From Polyangia bacterium (GTDB lineage: Bacteria > Myxococcota_A > Polyangia > Palsa-1104 > JAEUJZ01): a stretch of 64,000 nt of DNA. A model generated the notes under the pieces. It made no database searches, was not told the DNA's origin, and saw only the letters and a list, made by a program, of their open reading frames with translations. The stretch lies in contig JAXLYF010000011.1 of the NCBI GenBank assembly GCA_046351615.1, positions 10,882 to 74,881 on the forward strand, read 5' to 3'. The number at the start of each line of letters is the position of its first letter. Position 1 is the first letter of the stretch. The translations under genes and the position numbers were made by a program. This document shows positions 1-9,700 of this stretch, piece by piece.

Positions 1-124
1 TCGAGCGCTTCGAGTACTGCCGCTATCCTCGTCCGTACAGCGCCTACCTAGACATCAGCACGGCCTGCTCTCGCTACCGACTGATGGTGAACTGCTTGTA
101 GACGCTGTACGCGGACGGACTTCG

Positions 125-514
125 CTAGGCGAGGTGATCGCGGAGCCGCTCAGCCAGCTCACGCGGGTTCAGCGTGGTGTAGTCCTTGTGAACCGCCTCG
201 CTGATGTGCTTTTGCAGGTTGTGATCGGCGACGTCACGCAGGTGGCCCAGGAACTCTGGGTTGGCAGCGATGACGATGCGACCACAGCGGTGCGAGTTGA
301 GGCCCTGGCTGAGCGCGTGGCACAGCTCGCGGGCAAACTGCGTGTGGGCCGCGTGGTTGTGCGCGTCCGCAGCGCCATCGTGATGGTGCTTGTGACCGCC
401 CGCATGCGGGAACTCGCTGACCAGCTCGAACGCGTCGGAGCCGATCTTGACTTCAAAGATTCGCGCACGGCTGGAATCAGCGACGAGAACCCAAACAGGA
501 AGATGTGGTTGCAT
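125..514 (-). CDS. Small conserved protein, possibly host-attachment (Host_attach-like) family
   Basis: 129-aa ORF; N-terminus MQPHLPVWVLVADSSRARIF resembles the WVLVADG..ARIF start of 'protein required for attachment to host cells' family; His-rich middle (HKHHHDG, HNHAAH). Confidence 0.4.
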   Translation of the reverse strand: MQPHLPVWVLVADSSRARIFEVKIGSDAFELVSEFPHAGGHKHHHDGAADAHNHAAHTQFARELCHALSQGLNSHRCGRIVIAANPEFLGHLRDVADHNLQKHISEAVHKDYTTLNPRELAERLRDHLA

Positions 515-675
515 CAGAGTCTCCTTTGGTTTTCTAAAAAAGCGCGCGGATTGTGCCGAATTTTTTCCCTCACAGCAAGCGTGCGAGCGGGCAGTGACCG
601 GGTCTTTTGTCCGTCGGAATCAGCTGTGCGCTCTTGCTGCACCGAAAGGTCCGGGCAAGCCGGTATAATGACGGG

Positions 676-1944
676 ATGGCAACCTCAGACGATCCGTCGC
701 TTCGGCTTGTCACTGCGGCGCTGAGCGACGTAGGCCGGATTCGGCAGAACAACGAAGACGCGTTTGTGTGTGAGCCGGCGCTTGGACTCTATGCGGTCGC
801 TGACGGCATGGGTGGGCACGCTGGCGGCGAAGTCGCATCGGCGATGGCGATGGCTTCACTTCGTCGATCGATGGCCGCCGTTCCAGACGCGGGCTTTTTG
901 GCGGAGCCCTCGCTCGCGAATCGTCGGGTGCTGCTCGACTTTTTGCGTCAAGCGGTCTTGGACGCCAACGCGGACATCTTTGCGCGGAGCCAGCGCGAGC
1001 CCTCACTGCGAGGCATGGGCTGTACGCTCGATGTGGTGCTGGTGCGCGGGCGTAGCTTGTTTGTGGCTCACGTTGGAGACAGTCGGATCTACGGTCTGCT
1101 CGGTGGCACGCTGTATCCGCTGACGGAAGATCACACGTTTGGACAGACGCTGCTCAGCGGTGGCGCCATGACCTGGGAAGAAGTGCAGCGGCACCCGCAG
1201 CGCAACCTGCTCATGCGGGCGCTTGGTGTCTATCCCAAGGTCGAGGTGGATACGGCGTATCTGGACATCGCTCCGGGGGATGTGTTCTTGCTTTGTTCCG
1301 ACGGTGTACACGGGCTTGTCGATGACGCGCAGCTGGCGATGGCGCTCGGCAAGCATGCGGAGTTTGCAGCCCGGACCCTGATCGATGCAGCGCTTGATGC
1401 GGGCGGTCGTGACAATGCCACTGCGGTGGTGGTTCAGGTTGCCGCGTGCTCAGTCTGCGAGCCGATTCGGGTGGGCTCGGAGTCGGTTCGCTCGGTCATG
1501 GCGTCCGCCAGCTTGTTTGCCGACTTCAGTGCCGCAGAGCTTCTTCGGGTCCAGCGCATCGCCTTTGGCCGACAGATCAAAGCGGATGAAGTGGTGTTGC
1601 AGCTCGGTCAGCCGCTCGACGAAGTGTATCTGGTGATCGACGGCACGATGTCCGTCTGGCGAGACGGCGTGCAGGTGGGCTGGTTTGGCCCTGGGGATCC
1701 GTTTGGGGCGTTTGCGCTGCACCAGAGCGACAGTGACGTTGTGATCAAGGCCGATGCACCGACGCGACTGCTGGTGTTTCCGCTTGATGCGGTGCTGGAG
1801 CTGATTCAGACCGATACGGTGATGGGTGTGAAGCTGGCGCGAAACGCGCTGCGACGGGTCTGGCAGCGCTTTTTGCAGCTTTCGAATCAGCTGGCCCGTG
1901 CTCGCAACCGTAGCGATGCGGCTCAGTCGAAGAAAGCGGAGTGA
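676..1944 (+). CDS. PP2C-family Ser/Thr protein phosphatase fused to a C-terminal cyclic-nucleotide-binding (cNMP) domain
   Basis: Motifs NEDAF, YAVADGMGGHAGGEVAS, GCT, FVAHVGDSRIY, LLCSDGV, GGRDNATAVVV (PP2C); C-terminal ~120 aa with FGAFAL and cNMP-like beta-roll; start moved to in-frame ATG 676 (MATSDD...); TATAAT 7 bp upstream. Confidence 0.8.
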   Translation: MATSDDPSLRLVTAALSDVGRIRQNNEDAFVCEPALGLYAVADGMGGHAGGEVASAMAMASLRRSMAAVPDAGFLAEPSLANRRVLLDFLRQAVLDANADIFARSQREPSLRGMGCTLDVVLVRGRSLFVAHVGDSRIYGLLGGTLYPLTEDHTFGQTLLSGGAMTWEEVQRHPQRNLLMRALGVYPKVEVDTAYLDIAPGDVFLLCSDGVHGLVDDAQLAMALGKHAEFAARTLIDAALDAGGRDNATAVVVQVAACSVCEPIRVGSESVRSVMASASLFADFSAAELLRVQRIAFGRQIKADEVVLQLGQPLDEVYLVIDGTMSVWRDGVQVGWFGPGDPFGAFALHQSDSDVVIKADAPTRLLVFPLDAVLELIQTDTVMGVKLARNALRRVWQRFLQLSNQLARARNRSDAAQSKKAE

Positions 1945-3302
1945 ATCGCTTCCAATCCGCGCTGTGCGTCGCCTTCTTTGACGATGCACGAGATGTTGAT
2001 CTCCGAGGCACCTTGGGAAATCATCTCGACGCTGATGCCGGCCTGACCAAGCGTGGAAAACAGGCGGCCCGCAGTTCCGGTGGTGTCTTTGATGCCCGCG
2101 CCAACGACCGCCAAGATGGCGCGATCGGGCGACAGCATCACCTGTCCAAGCTGCTCTAGGTCGGCACGGGCGCGCTCTGCATCGGATAGCTTGTCGACGG
2201 TACACGAGATGCTGACTTCGCTGGTAGACACCAGGTCTACGACGACCCCGTGACGATCCAGTGCGCCGAACACGCGGGCCAAGAAGCCGTAGGCGTTGAA
2301 CATCCGGTTGGACGTGATGGTTACGACGCAGATGCCGCGCTTGACCGTGACCGCAGTGACGCAGCCCTTGGGGGCTTGCGGCTCATTGGTGATGACGGTG
2401 CCGGTTTCGCCCGGACGGAACGTGTTCTTGATCCGAATGGGCACCTGCGCCGAGACGACGCGCTCCATCGTGAACGGATGCAGCACTTCAGAGCCAAAGT
2501 AGGTCAGCTCTGCTGCTTCGGCGGGTGAGATCTTGGCGAGCACGCGGGCGCTTTTGACCTTGCGGGGGTCGGCGGTGAAGATGCCGTCCACTTCTTTCCA
2601 GACCTGCATCTCTTCAGCGTGGCCGTGTCCGAGCCCTGCCGCGATCATGGCAGTGGTGAAGTCGGTGTAGCCGCGTCCCACCGCATGCAGCAGTCCGCCG
2701 GGGACCATGCCAAAGAAGCCGGTGACGACGGGGACTTCACCAGCCTGGGGCCGACACAGCTCAGCGAGCCGCGTTTGGAGTCGACGAAAGAACGCTGGAT
2801 CCACTTCCTTGTCGTGCTCTGGAACCACCTGCGACAGGTCCACAAAGCGACTGGCCCTGCCGCGATCACGCAGCAGCGCGGACAGCACATAGGCGCTCAG
2901 TCGCTCGCCCAGGGCCATCACCAGATCCTGTGAGCGGGGCGATAGCTCGCGAATGACCGCGATGGCTTCCAAAAAGCGCTGGAGCTTCTCAATCTCTTCG
3001 CGGACAAACTGCAAGGTCTGCTGGCACAGCGACGCTTGGCGGATGGACTGCTGCACGGCCCGCAGGTGAAGCTGCTCCACCAGAGACAGCTCTTGGGCAA
3101 ACGGTGTGCTCTTGCGGGCTGCGTCGGCTGCAGCGAGGAGCAGGCTGGTGGTGCCTTCGGCTTTGGTGGTGCCGCTCATCGCCGAGACGACGGCAATGAC
3201 GGGCTTTTGGTGGCTGGTGCTCTCGATGATGGCGGCGACGTTGTGAAGGCGCTCGGCACTGCCCACACTGGTTCCGCCAAACTTTTGAACGATGATGCCC
3301 AT
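1923..3302 (-). CDS. lysC: Aspartate kinase (aspartokinase) with C-terminal ACT domains
   Basis: N-terminus MGIIVQKFGGTSV (classic aspartokinase start), ...VVSAMSGTT..., C-terminal ACT-like GAGIKDTTGTAGRLFSTLGQAGISVEMISQGASEINIS; start set at internal ATG 3302. Confidence 0.85.
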   Translation of the reverse strand: MGIIVQKFGGTSVGSAERLHNVAAIIESTSHQKPVIAVVSAMSGTTKAEGTTSLLLAAADAARKSTPFAQELSLVEQLHLRAVQQSIRQASLCQQTLQFVREEIEKLQRFLEAIAVIRELSPRSQDLVMALGERLSAYVLSALLRDRGRASRFVDLSQVVPEHDKEVDPAFFRRLQTRLAELCRPQAGEVPVVTGFFGMVPGGLLHAVGRGYTDFTTAMIAAGLGHGHAEEMQVWKEVDGIFTADPRKVKSARVLAKISPAEAAELTYFGSEVLHPFTMERVVSAQVPIRIKNTFRPGETGTVITNEPQAPKGCVTAVTVKRGICVVTITSNRMFNAYGFLARVFGALDRHGVVVDLVSTSEVSISCTVDKLSDAERARADLEQLGQVMLSPDRAILAVVGAGIKDTTGTAGRLFSTLGQAGISVEMISQGASEINISCIVKEGDAQRGLEAIHSAFFD

Positions 3303-3396
3303 GCGTCCGTGACTTATTGTGGGTTCTGTGCGCTGGGTCAAGCCCTCCGTTCCGCTTTGCGGTGCTGGACGCGCGCTGCTGTAAGCCGTGCATCCA

Positions 3397-3627
3397 GAAG
3401 TGGAAGCGAAGCGCTGCGCGGTGGAAGCGAGGCTCTGCGAGGTGAAAGCAAAGCGCTGCGAGGTGGGAGCGATGCTTTGCGAGATGGGAGCGCGGCTTTG
3501 CGAGGTGGGAGCGATGCGTTGTGCGGTGAAAGCGAAGCGTTGCGAGGTGGGAGCGCGGCTTTGCGAGGTGGGAGCGCGGCTTTGCGAAGTGAAAGCGAGG
3601 CTTGGCGAAGTGAAAGCGAGGCTGGAC
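3397..3627. repeat. 11 tandem copies of a 21-bp unit (consensus gcgaggtgggagcgcggcttt) in the intergenic leader region upstream of aspartate kinase
   Basis: Direct reading: gaagcgaagcgctgcgcggtg / gaagcgaggctctgcgaggtg / ... / aaagcgaggctggacgagaca, period 21; produces the spurious repetitive ORFs 3036..3758 and 3388..3699. Confidence 0.9.
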
Positions 3628-3670
3628 GAGACAAGGACTGGGCTTGGACCGCCCTCAGGCCGTTATTCCG

Positions 3671-4369
3671 TTACCGTACGTCCGCAATCGGTTGCCTGAG
3701 TGGGTCGCTTTGGAATCGGAACAAGATCACGATGTCTTGTCTTAGGACAAATGGATAGAATCCATGTAAGTAGCACTGCAGTAATGGAACGAAAGGATTG
3801 TCAGAAGTGTCTGAGTGATTCTTGGCGAGCTGCCAGTTGATGCAGTCATAAAGGTCGCCTGTTGCATAGGATAGGTAAAATCTGGCTTGCTCCATGAATC
3901 TGTGTGAATACAAATCGAATGGGAAATCTTGGCTGATGCTGTTGTAAATGCTGATGCCCATATGGGTCTTGAATGCATAGGCCGTGGATGGGTCTTTGAC
4001 CTCGTCTGGGTGACAAGCTATCTTATCAATGGACCATTGATGATCATGCGAGTGTTTTGACGATAATTCTTTGAGAACATTAAACTTCCAGTCAAAAGAA
4101 GGACTGGTGCGGACTCGCTGGCAGGCTGCTGCAAAGTCATGCTCTGTTCCTGTTTCAATATGAAGTGCTATTTTCTGTGCAAACAGATCCGGCGCGTATC
4201 TATGGGCCAGCTGGTTGTGCTTGACGAACAGCTCGACACCATAGGCATCAGGAGTCTGGGTCTTGTTGAGCCACTGAATGGACTTCCATGTTGCAAACAG
4301 GGAGCGAACGGACTGTGTTGCTGGGCCATAGTTGCCATTGGTTGGATCGAATCTATATGGTATAATCAT
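3671..4369 (-). CDS. Hypothetical protein (232 aa) encoded in low-GC island
   Basis: Long ORF in a ~47% GC segment embedded in ~65% GC DNA; start overlaps upstream ORF by ATGA (translational coupling); no recognisable motif. Confidence 0.55.
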   Translation of the reverse strand: MIIPYRFDPTNGNYGPATQSVRSLFATWKSIQWLNKTQTPDAYGVELFVKHNQLAHRYAPDLFAQKIALHIETGTEHDFAAACQRVRTSPSFDWKFNVLKELSSKHSHDHQWSIDKIACHPDEVKDPSTAYAFKTHMGISIYNSISQDFPFDLYSHRFMEQARFYLSYATGDLYDCINWQLAKNHSDTSDNPFVPLLQCYLHGFYPFVLRQDIVILFRFQSDPLRQPIADVR

Positions 4370-4794
4370 GGTAGAAAGCGTCCAAGTGAGTCAATGGACA
4401 AAGCGTGAGGCGCTTGGCGAACACGAACAAGCTGAATGATTGACTGTTGCGTCATGATGCCAATGCCAGAGATCATGGAGCCGATGATGGGTCCATTGGC
4501 GGTTATGGCCAATAAGTAGATGCGTCCCGCTGGAATCAGCGCTGTGACTGCATCGCGCAGGGCGCAGATGGCATCGTCATAGCTGGGTGTTTTTCCCGAG
4601 AGCTTTTGCCGATCCAAGGTGATGATCTTCTGATCGCGTGCGCTTATTGATGGAATAGGTCGGCTGTCTGTGTATGAATACAGTTCGGCAGAATTCATGC
4701 TGAAAGCATACTGCTTGTCTACACTGTGTCCATCGACAACTGGTGGGAACTGCGGATTTGAATATTTATGAATAAGATCGTGGAGTTGGCGCAA
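4366..4794 (-). CDS. Hypothetical protein (142 aa), first gene of a two-gene low-GC island operon
   Basis: ORF in low-GC island, 4-bp overlap with downstream gene; Gly/Ile-rich segment ITANGPIIGSMISGIGIM; no family recognised. Confidence 0.5.
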   Translation of the reverse strand: MRQLHDLIHKYSNPQFPPVVDGHSVDKQYAFSMNSAELYSYTDSRPIPSISARDQKIITLDRQKLSGKTPSYDDAICALRDAVTALIPAGRIYLLAITANGPIIGSMISGIGIMTQQSIIQLVRVRQAPHALSIDSLGRFLP

Positions 4795-4891
4795 GTCACA
4801 TGACTGTGCGAAGTGACGCTAGGCTGCCAGACACGTTGAATCAGCGCTGGCGGTCTGCGCGGAGGCGCTGGCAGTCTGCTGCGAGGGTTGC

Positions 4892-6481
4892 TTAGGTGGT
4901 GACGAGGGCGCGCTTGAGGATCTTGCCGGCGGGGGAGAGGGGCATTTCGGACAGGAAGCGGACGGCTTTGGGGACTTTGTAGCGGGCGAGCTTTTGGCGG
5001 AGGAATGCGAGCAGCTCGTCTTCGCTGGCAGCGGCGTCGGACTTGAGCACCACGAAGGCGCGTCCAACCTGGCCCCACTTTTCATCGGGAATGCCGATGA
5101 CGGCGCACTGCTTGACGGCGGGGTGTTCGTACAGAAGGCGCTCGATTTCAACGGGATAGACGTTTTCACCGCCGGAGATGAACATGTCTTTTTTGCGGTC
5201 CACGATGAAGAAGAAGCCGTCTTCGTCGATCTTGGCGATGTCGCCGGTGTGAAACCAGCCTTGGGCATCGATGGCGGAGCGGGTGGCTTCGGGATCCTCA
5301 AAGTAGCCGGAGCACATCGCGGGGCCTTTGAGGAGAAGCTCGCCGGCCTGTCCGGCTGGGAGATCGTGACCGCTGTCATCGACCACGCGCGCGGCGACAA
5401 AGGCGTTCGGGCGTCCGATGGAGCCAGCCTTGGTCTGGGCATACTCTGCGCCCATGCTGAAGCAGCCGGGACCAAACTCGGTCATGCCAAAGCCCTGCTT
5501 GAACGGAATGTCGTGAACTTGACGGAAGGCGTGGATGAGCGGAACGGGCAGGGGCGCGCCACCGCTGGTGACAAAGCGCACGGAGGCAAACGAGGTCTTG
5601 GCCAGGCTCGGGGTGTCGAGCAGCATCTGGTACTGCGTCGGTACGCAGAAGAACATCGTGACACGCTCGCGCTCAATGAGTCGCAACAGCTCGACGGTGT
5701 CCCACTTGCGCATGATGATGACCTTGCCGCCCGATAGCAGCAGCGGCACGGCGTAGACCAGCAGTCCTCCGGTGTGGAACATCGGGGTGTGGACCACGGT
5801 GACGTCACCGGGGATCAGCTCATGAATCATCGTGGTGAGCGAGTTGTGAGCCACCATGCGATGCGAGATCATCGCGGACTTGGGCAGTCCGGTGGTTCCG
5901 CCGGTTCCGAGCAGACACAGGATGTCTTCTCCGCTTGGGCCTTCGCCGGGCGCAAACAAGGGCGAGCCTTCGAGCGGTCCTTGGGTCACAACGGCTTCAA
6001 ACGACAGCGTGCCATCGGGCGTGGCACGGTGGCCGGTGCGTAGATAGGTGCGCAGGTCGGTGTGATGGGTGCGAAGGTAGGTCGCGTGCTCTTCGTACTC
6101 AGGGCCAAATACAAACGCCTTGGGTCCGGTCTTGACGACCAGCTCGTGTAGCTCCACCGGGTGGAGCCGGAAGTTGTAGGGCGCAAAGATCGCGCCGAGC
6201 TTTGCACAGGCGAACAGTAGGTCGATGTACTCAATGCCGTTTTGTGCGAGCAGTCCGACGCGGTCCCCCTTGCCGATGCCTTGGGCCACCAAGAAGCGGG
6301 CGAGGCGACAGGCTCGTTCGTTGATCGCGCGATAATCGAAGCGTCCAGCGTCCCCGCGCTCGACATCGACCACTGCTGTGCGCGCGCCGAAATACACCGC
6401 AGAGCGGGCTGCGTAGTCGACCGTTTGAGCAAAGGCGTCACGATAAGTCGTTCCGGTCAGCACCGGCGCTGCGGGGTTCAT
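4892..6481 (-). CDS. AMP-dependent acyl-CoA synthetase/ligase (fatty-acid--CoA ligase family)
   Basis: AMP-binding motif LLGTGGTTGLPKSAMISH, GYGMTE-like FGMTEFG, TGDIAKIDEDGFFFIVDRKKDMFISGGENVYPVEIE, C-terminal LPKTxxGKI-like LSPAGKILKRAL; start at ATG 6481 (MNPAAP...). Confidence 0.85.
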   Translation of the reverse strand: MNPAAPVLTGTTYRDAFAQTVDYAARSAVYFGARTAVVDVERGDAGRFDYRAINERACRLARFLVAQGIGKGDRVGLLAQNGIEYIDLLFACAKLGAIFAPYNFRLHPVELHELVVKTGPKAFVFGPEYEEHATYLRTHHTDLRTYLRTGHRATPDGTLSFEAVVTQGPLEGSPLFAPGEGPSGEDILCLLGTGGTTGLPKSAMISHRMVAHNSLTTMIHELIPGDVTVVHTPMFHTGGLLVYAVPLLLSGGKVIIMRKWDTVELLRLIERERVTMFFCVPTQYQMLLDTPSLAKTSFASVRFVTSGGAPLPVPLIHAFRQVHDIPFKQGFGMTEFGPGCFSMGAEYAQTKAGSIGRPNAFVAARVVDDSGHDLPAGQAGELLLKGPAMCSGYFEDPEATRSAIDAQGWFHTGDIAKIDEDGFFFIVDRKKDMFISGGENVYPVEIERLLYEHPAVKQCAVIGIPDEKWGQVGRAFVVLKSDAAASEDELLAFLRQKLARYKVPKAVRFLSEMPLSPAGKILKRALVTT

Positions 6482-6736
6482 CAGGGGGCCTCCTTCGGAT
6501 GCATCGTAGGAGGCCATAGGCTATCAGACCGAAGCAGTTGCGAAAACCACCGACTGTGGACTGCAACAGGGCGAAACCAAAAGCGACCCGCGTCCGAAAC
6601 CCAAGAGGGCGGATGCTGCGTTGGAAGGCTGCGCGGGTTCGGATAACGAGACGGGAATCCTCGTTGGCTGACCCGACCAGATCGGCTACGATGGCGATTC
6701 CCGCTCTCTGAAAAACGGCAAGGGTAGGAAGGTCTT

Positions 6737-9700
6737 ATGCAGTACTTCCAAAAAGCTCGACGAAGGTGTGCGCGGCTGGGTCTGTGGCTTCCGCTGTTGG
6801 CGCTGTGGCTGTCGACGCTGCCGATCGGGCTCGTGGGCTGTGGACCGAAGCTGTCGGCGCAAAGCTCGGTGGCCAGCGTCGAAGTGGTGCGGACAAGCGT
6901 GGATGTGGATGGCTCGTCAGGACATCACTCGGTGCTGGGCGAAGAGCGGGTGATGGCGGGGCAGACGCTTGCGGTGGCGGAGCGGGCCCAGGCACTTTTG
7001 CATCACGATGTCGGCGCGCGGCTGCTTGTCGATGGCGGAAGTGAAGTACTGGTCACCGAGCAGGGCGTGCAGCTGCGAAAAGGGCGACTCTGGGTCGATG
7101 CGCGCAGCGGCGGACGAATGGAAGTGACGGTCGGTCAGCAGACGCTGATATCGCAAGCGGCGGGCTTTGAGGTCACAAGCGCTGCGGGCGGGGCTCGACT
7201 TCTGGTGGTGCGCGGCGAAGTGGCGTATGTGGGCGCGGGCCGTGGTGTGGTTCATGCCGGAGAGCAGCTGTCTCTTCTGGACGCAGGAACGGCTCCGAAG
7301 CTGGCTCCAGTGGCGCTGTGGGATGACTGGACGGGTGGGCTTGGCTGGCCGGATCCGCGCGTGCAAGGTGGTGCGCCGGGACTCGGTGAAGTCGGGGCGC
7401 GAAAGCCGGGGAGCTTGGGCGAAGCGCGCTTTCCGCTGTCGCTGCATCGGCTGGAAGTACGGGTTCGGATCGAAGACGACCTAGCAATTACGACGGTCGA
7501 AGAGACGTTCTTTAACCCGGCGGAATCGACGCTGGAAGGCATCTTCCGGGTGCGGCTGCCCGACGATGCGATCTTGTCACGCTTTGCGATCGATCGGCAC
7601 GGTCGCTATGTCGATGGCTATGTCAAAGAGCGCGAGACGGCACGCCGTGACTACGAGTCGAAGGTGTACGAAGGCTCGACGCACGATCCGGCGCTGCTCG
7701 AGTGGGAGGCTCCGGGGCAGTTCAAAGCGCGGCTGTATCCGCTGCCTCCGGGTTCGACACGAAAGGTCTTGTATACGTACAGTCAGTGGCTGCCGTTTGG
7801 GGGACAGGGACACTCGCTGCGGACGTATCGCTTCCCGATGGGGGCAGCAGCGGGAGCGGGCGCACCGATGATTCAAGAGCTGGACATCGAGGTGGACGCG
7901 AGCCGGGCGCAGGCCAAGGAAGTGCGCTCGGGACTCGGCGCGGCGCTGTCTGACGATCGCAAGCGGGTGGTGATGCAGCGCACCGACTACGTGCCGAGCG
8001 CCGATTTGGTGGTCGAGCTGGTGGGTTCGGCGCGGCCTGACGACGTGGCGCGGGTGTATCGTGTGCCGCACGTCGATCCGCCCCGGCCCGGAGGTCACAG
8101 CGGCAAGCCGGAAGATGACTACGTGCTGATTCGGACGCTGCCTGCGCCGGTTCCTTCGTCGAGTGAGCGCGTTCCGCTGGATCTGGCGCTGCTGGTGGAT
8201 GTGTCGGCAGCCACCGATGCGACGCACTTGGCGATGGCCAAGACGCTGATTGAGTCGGTGCTGCGACGGCTGGGGCCAGAGGATCGGGTGGTGCTGCTCG
8301 GGGCGGACTTGGACGCGCATGCGGTCGGGGGCAAGCGGACTGGCAAGAAGGAAGCGGCGGCGGCTCCGACGTGGCAGGCGATGGGCGCAGACACGACGAA
8401 TCAGCTGCTGGAACAGCTGGGTCGGGCGACGACGGGTGGTGCGACGGATCTGGGAAGGACACTGAGTCAGGCGGCGGCGATGCTGGAGCCGACTCGCTTG
8501 GGTGCGGTGCTGTACGTCGGGGATGGCAAGCCCACGGTCGGGGAGCTGTCGCTGCCAGCGCTGCGCGAGCGACTGGCGAGCTTGCCACAGCCGCTTCGTC
8601 TGTACGCGGTCGGAATTGGCGATGATGCGAACCTGGACTTGCTATCGGGGCTGGCTGCGGTGAGCGCGGGACAGTCCTTCCGCGTTGGGGATCGCAGTGC
8701 AGCGGCAGAAACGGCGCTGCAAGTGGTCACGCACGTCAGTCGTCCGGCGGTGAGCAAGCTGAAGATCGATGTCGGAAGCTCACTCGATCGGGTGTACCCG
8801 CGTGAGACGGTGGCGGTGCGAGCGGGCGAGCCGTTGTTTGTGCTGGCGCGACTGAAGAAGCGGCTGCCACAGAGCATCACCATCGAGGGCGTGCAGCTTG
8901 GACAGCCGTTTAAGCGCAGCTATCGACTGGAAGGTCACGGCATCGACAACACGTCGGATCTGCGGCTGCGCTGGTCGCAGGCTCGGCTGCATCAGCTGCT
9001 GGAGAGCGGTGGTTCCGTCGAAGAAGTGGCGGAGCTGGGCGTTCGTCAGAACCTGATTACGCCGTATACGTCGTACTACGTGCCGAGTGAGGAAGAGGTG
9101 TCGCGGCTTGCGCGCTCGATTCCTGAGGTTCGCGCGGCGGGCTGTAGCAGTCGGTCGCCGATTTCCTTTAGTAGGAGTGAGTCCGCCCCGGCGGCAACGT
9201 CGGCTCCGATGGTGGTTGCGTCGGCGGATGCTCCCCCGCCACCGCCGGTGATGGCGGAAGGCAAGATGGGCAACAAAGACCGTCGTCGCGCAAAGAACGA
9301 TGAGCGGGAGGAAGCGAGCGCAGCACCGGAGCCAGAGGCGATGGAAGCCGATAAGCCCGCAGCGGCTCCGAAGCCATCTTCTGCAGTGATGCCGTCGCGA
9401 GACGAATCGTACGCAGAGGCTCCTGCGAAAAAGGCGAAGCGCTCGGCGGCAAAAGAAAAAGCGGCACTGGATGATGTGGACGCGCTGAAGGACCTACCGG
9501 GAGACGGCTTTGGTCTGGTCGGAACGGGCAAAGGCGGTGGCGGCGCGGCGGGCTCGGGTGAAGGAACGATAGGACTTGGCTCGCTGGGGACGATTGGTCA
9601 TGGCGCGGGCGGTGGCTACGGCAGTAAGACCGGCGCGAGTCGCGGAACTCGCGGCCTTAACCCAGAAGTGGTGCTTGGTGCGGCTGAAGTGCGAGGCTCG

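Noticed and set aside
1-124. Possible tRNA/ncRNA at window start and in short intergenic gaps (47972-48072, 50059-50122)
   Set aside because: No cloverleaf-compatible sequence or conserved ncRNA motif could be identified by eye.
3036-3758. 240-aa ORF with GSEALRGG repeats (and 3388..3699, 3338..3634 ORFs)
   Set aside because: Translations of the 21-bp non-coding tandem array; 3036-3302 also overlaps the aspartate kinase N-terminus on the opposite strand.
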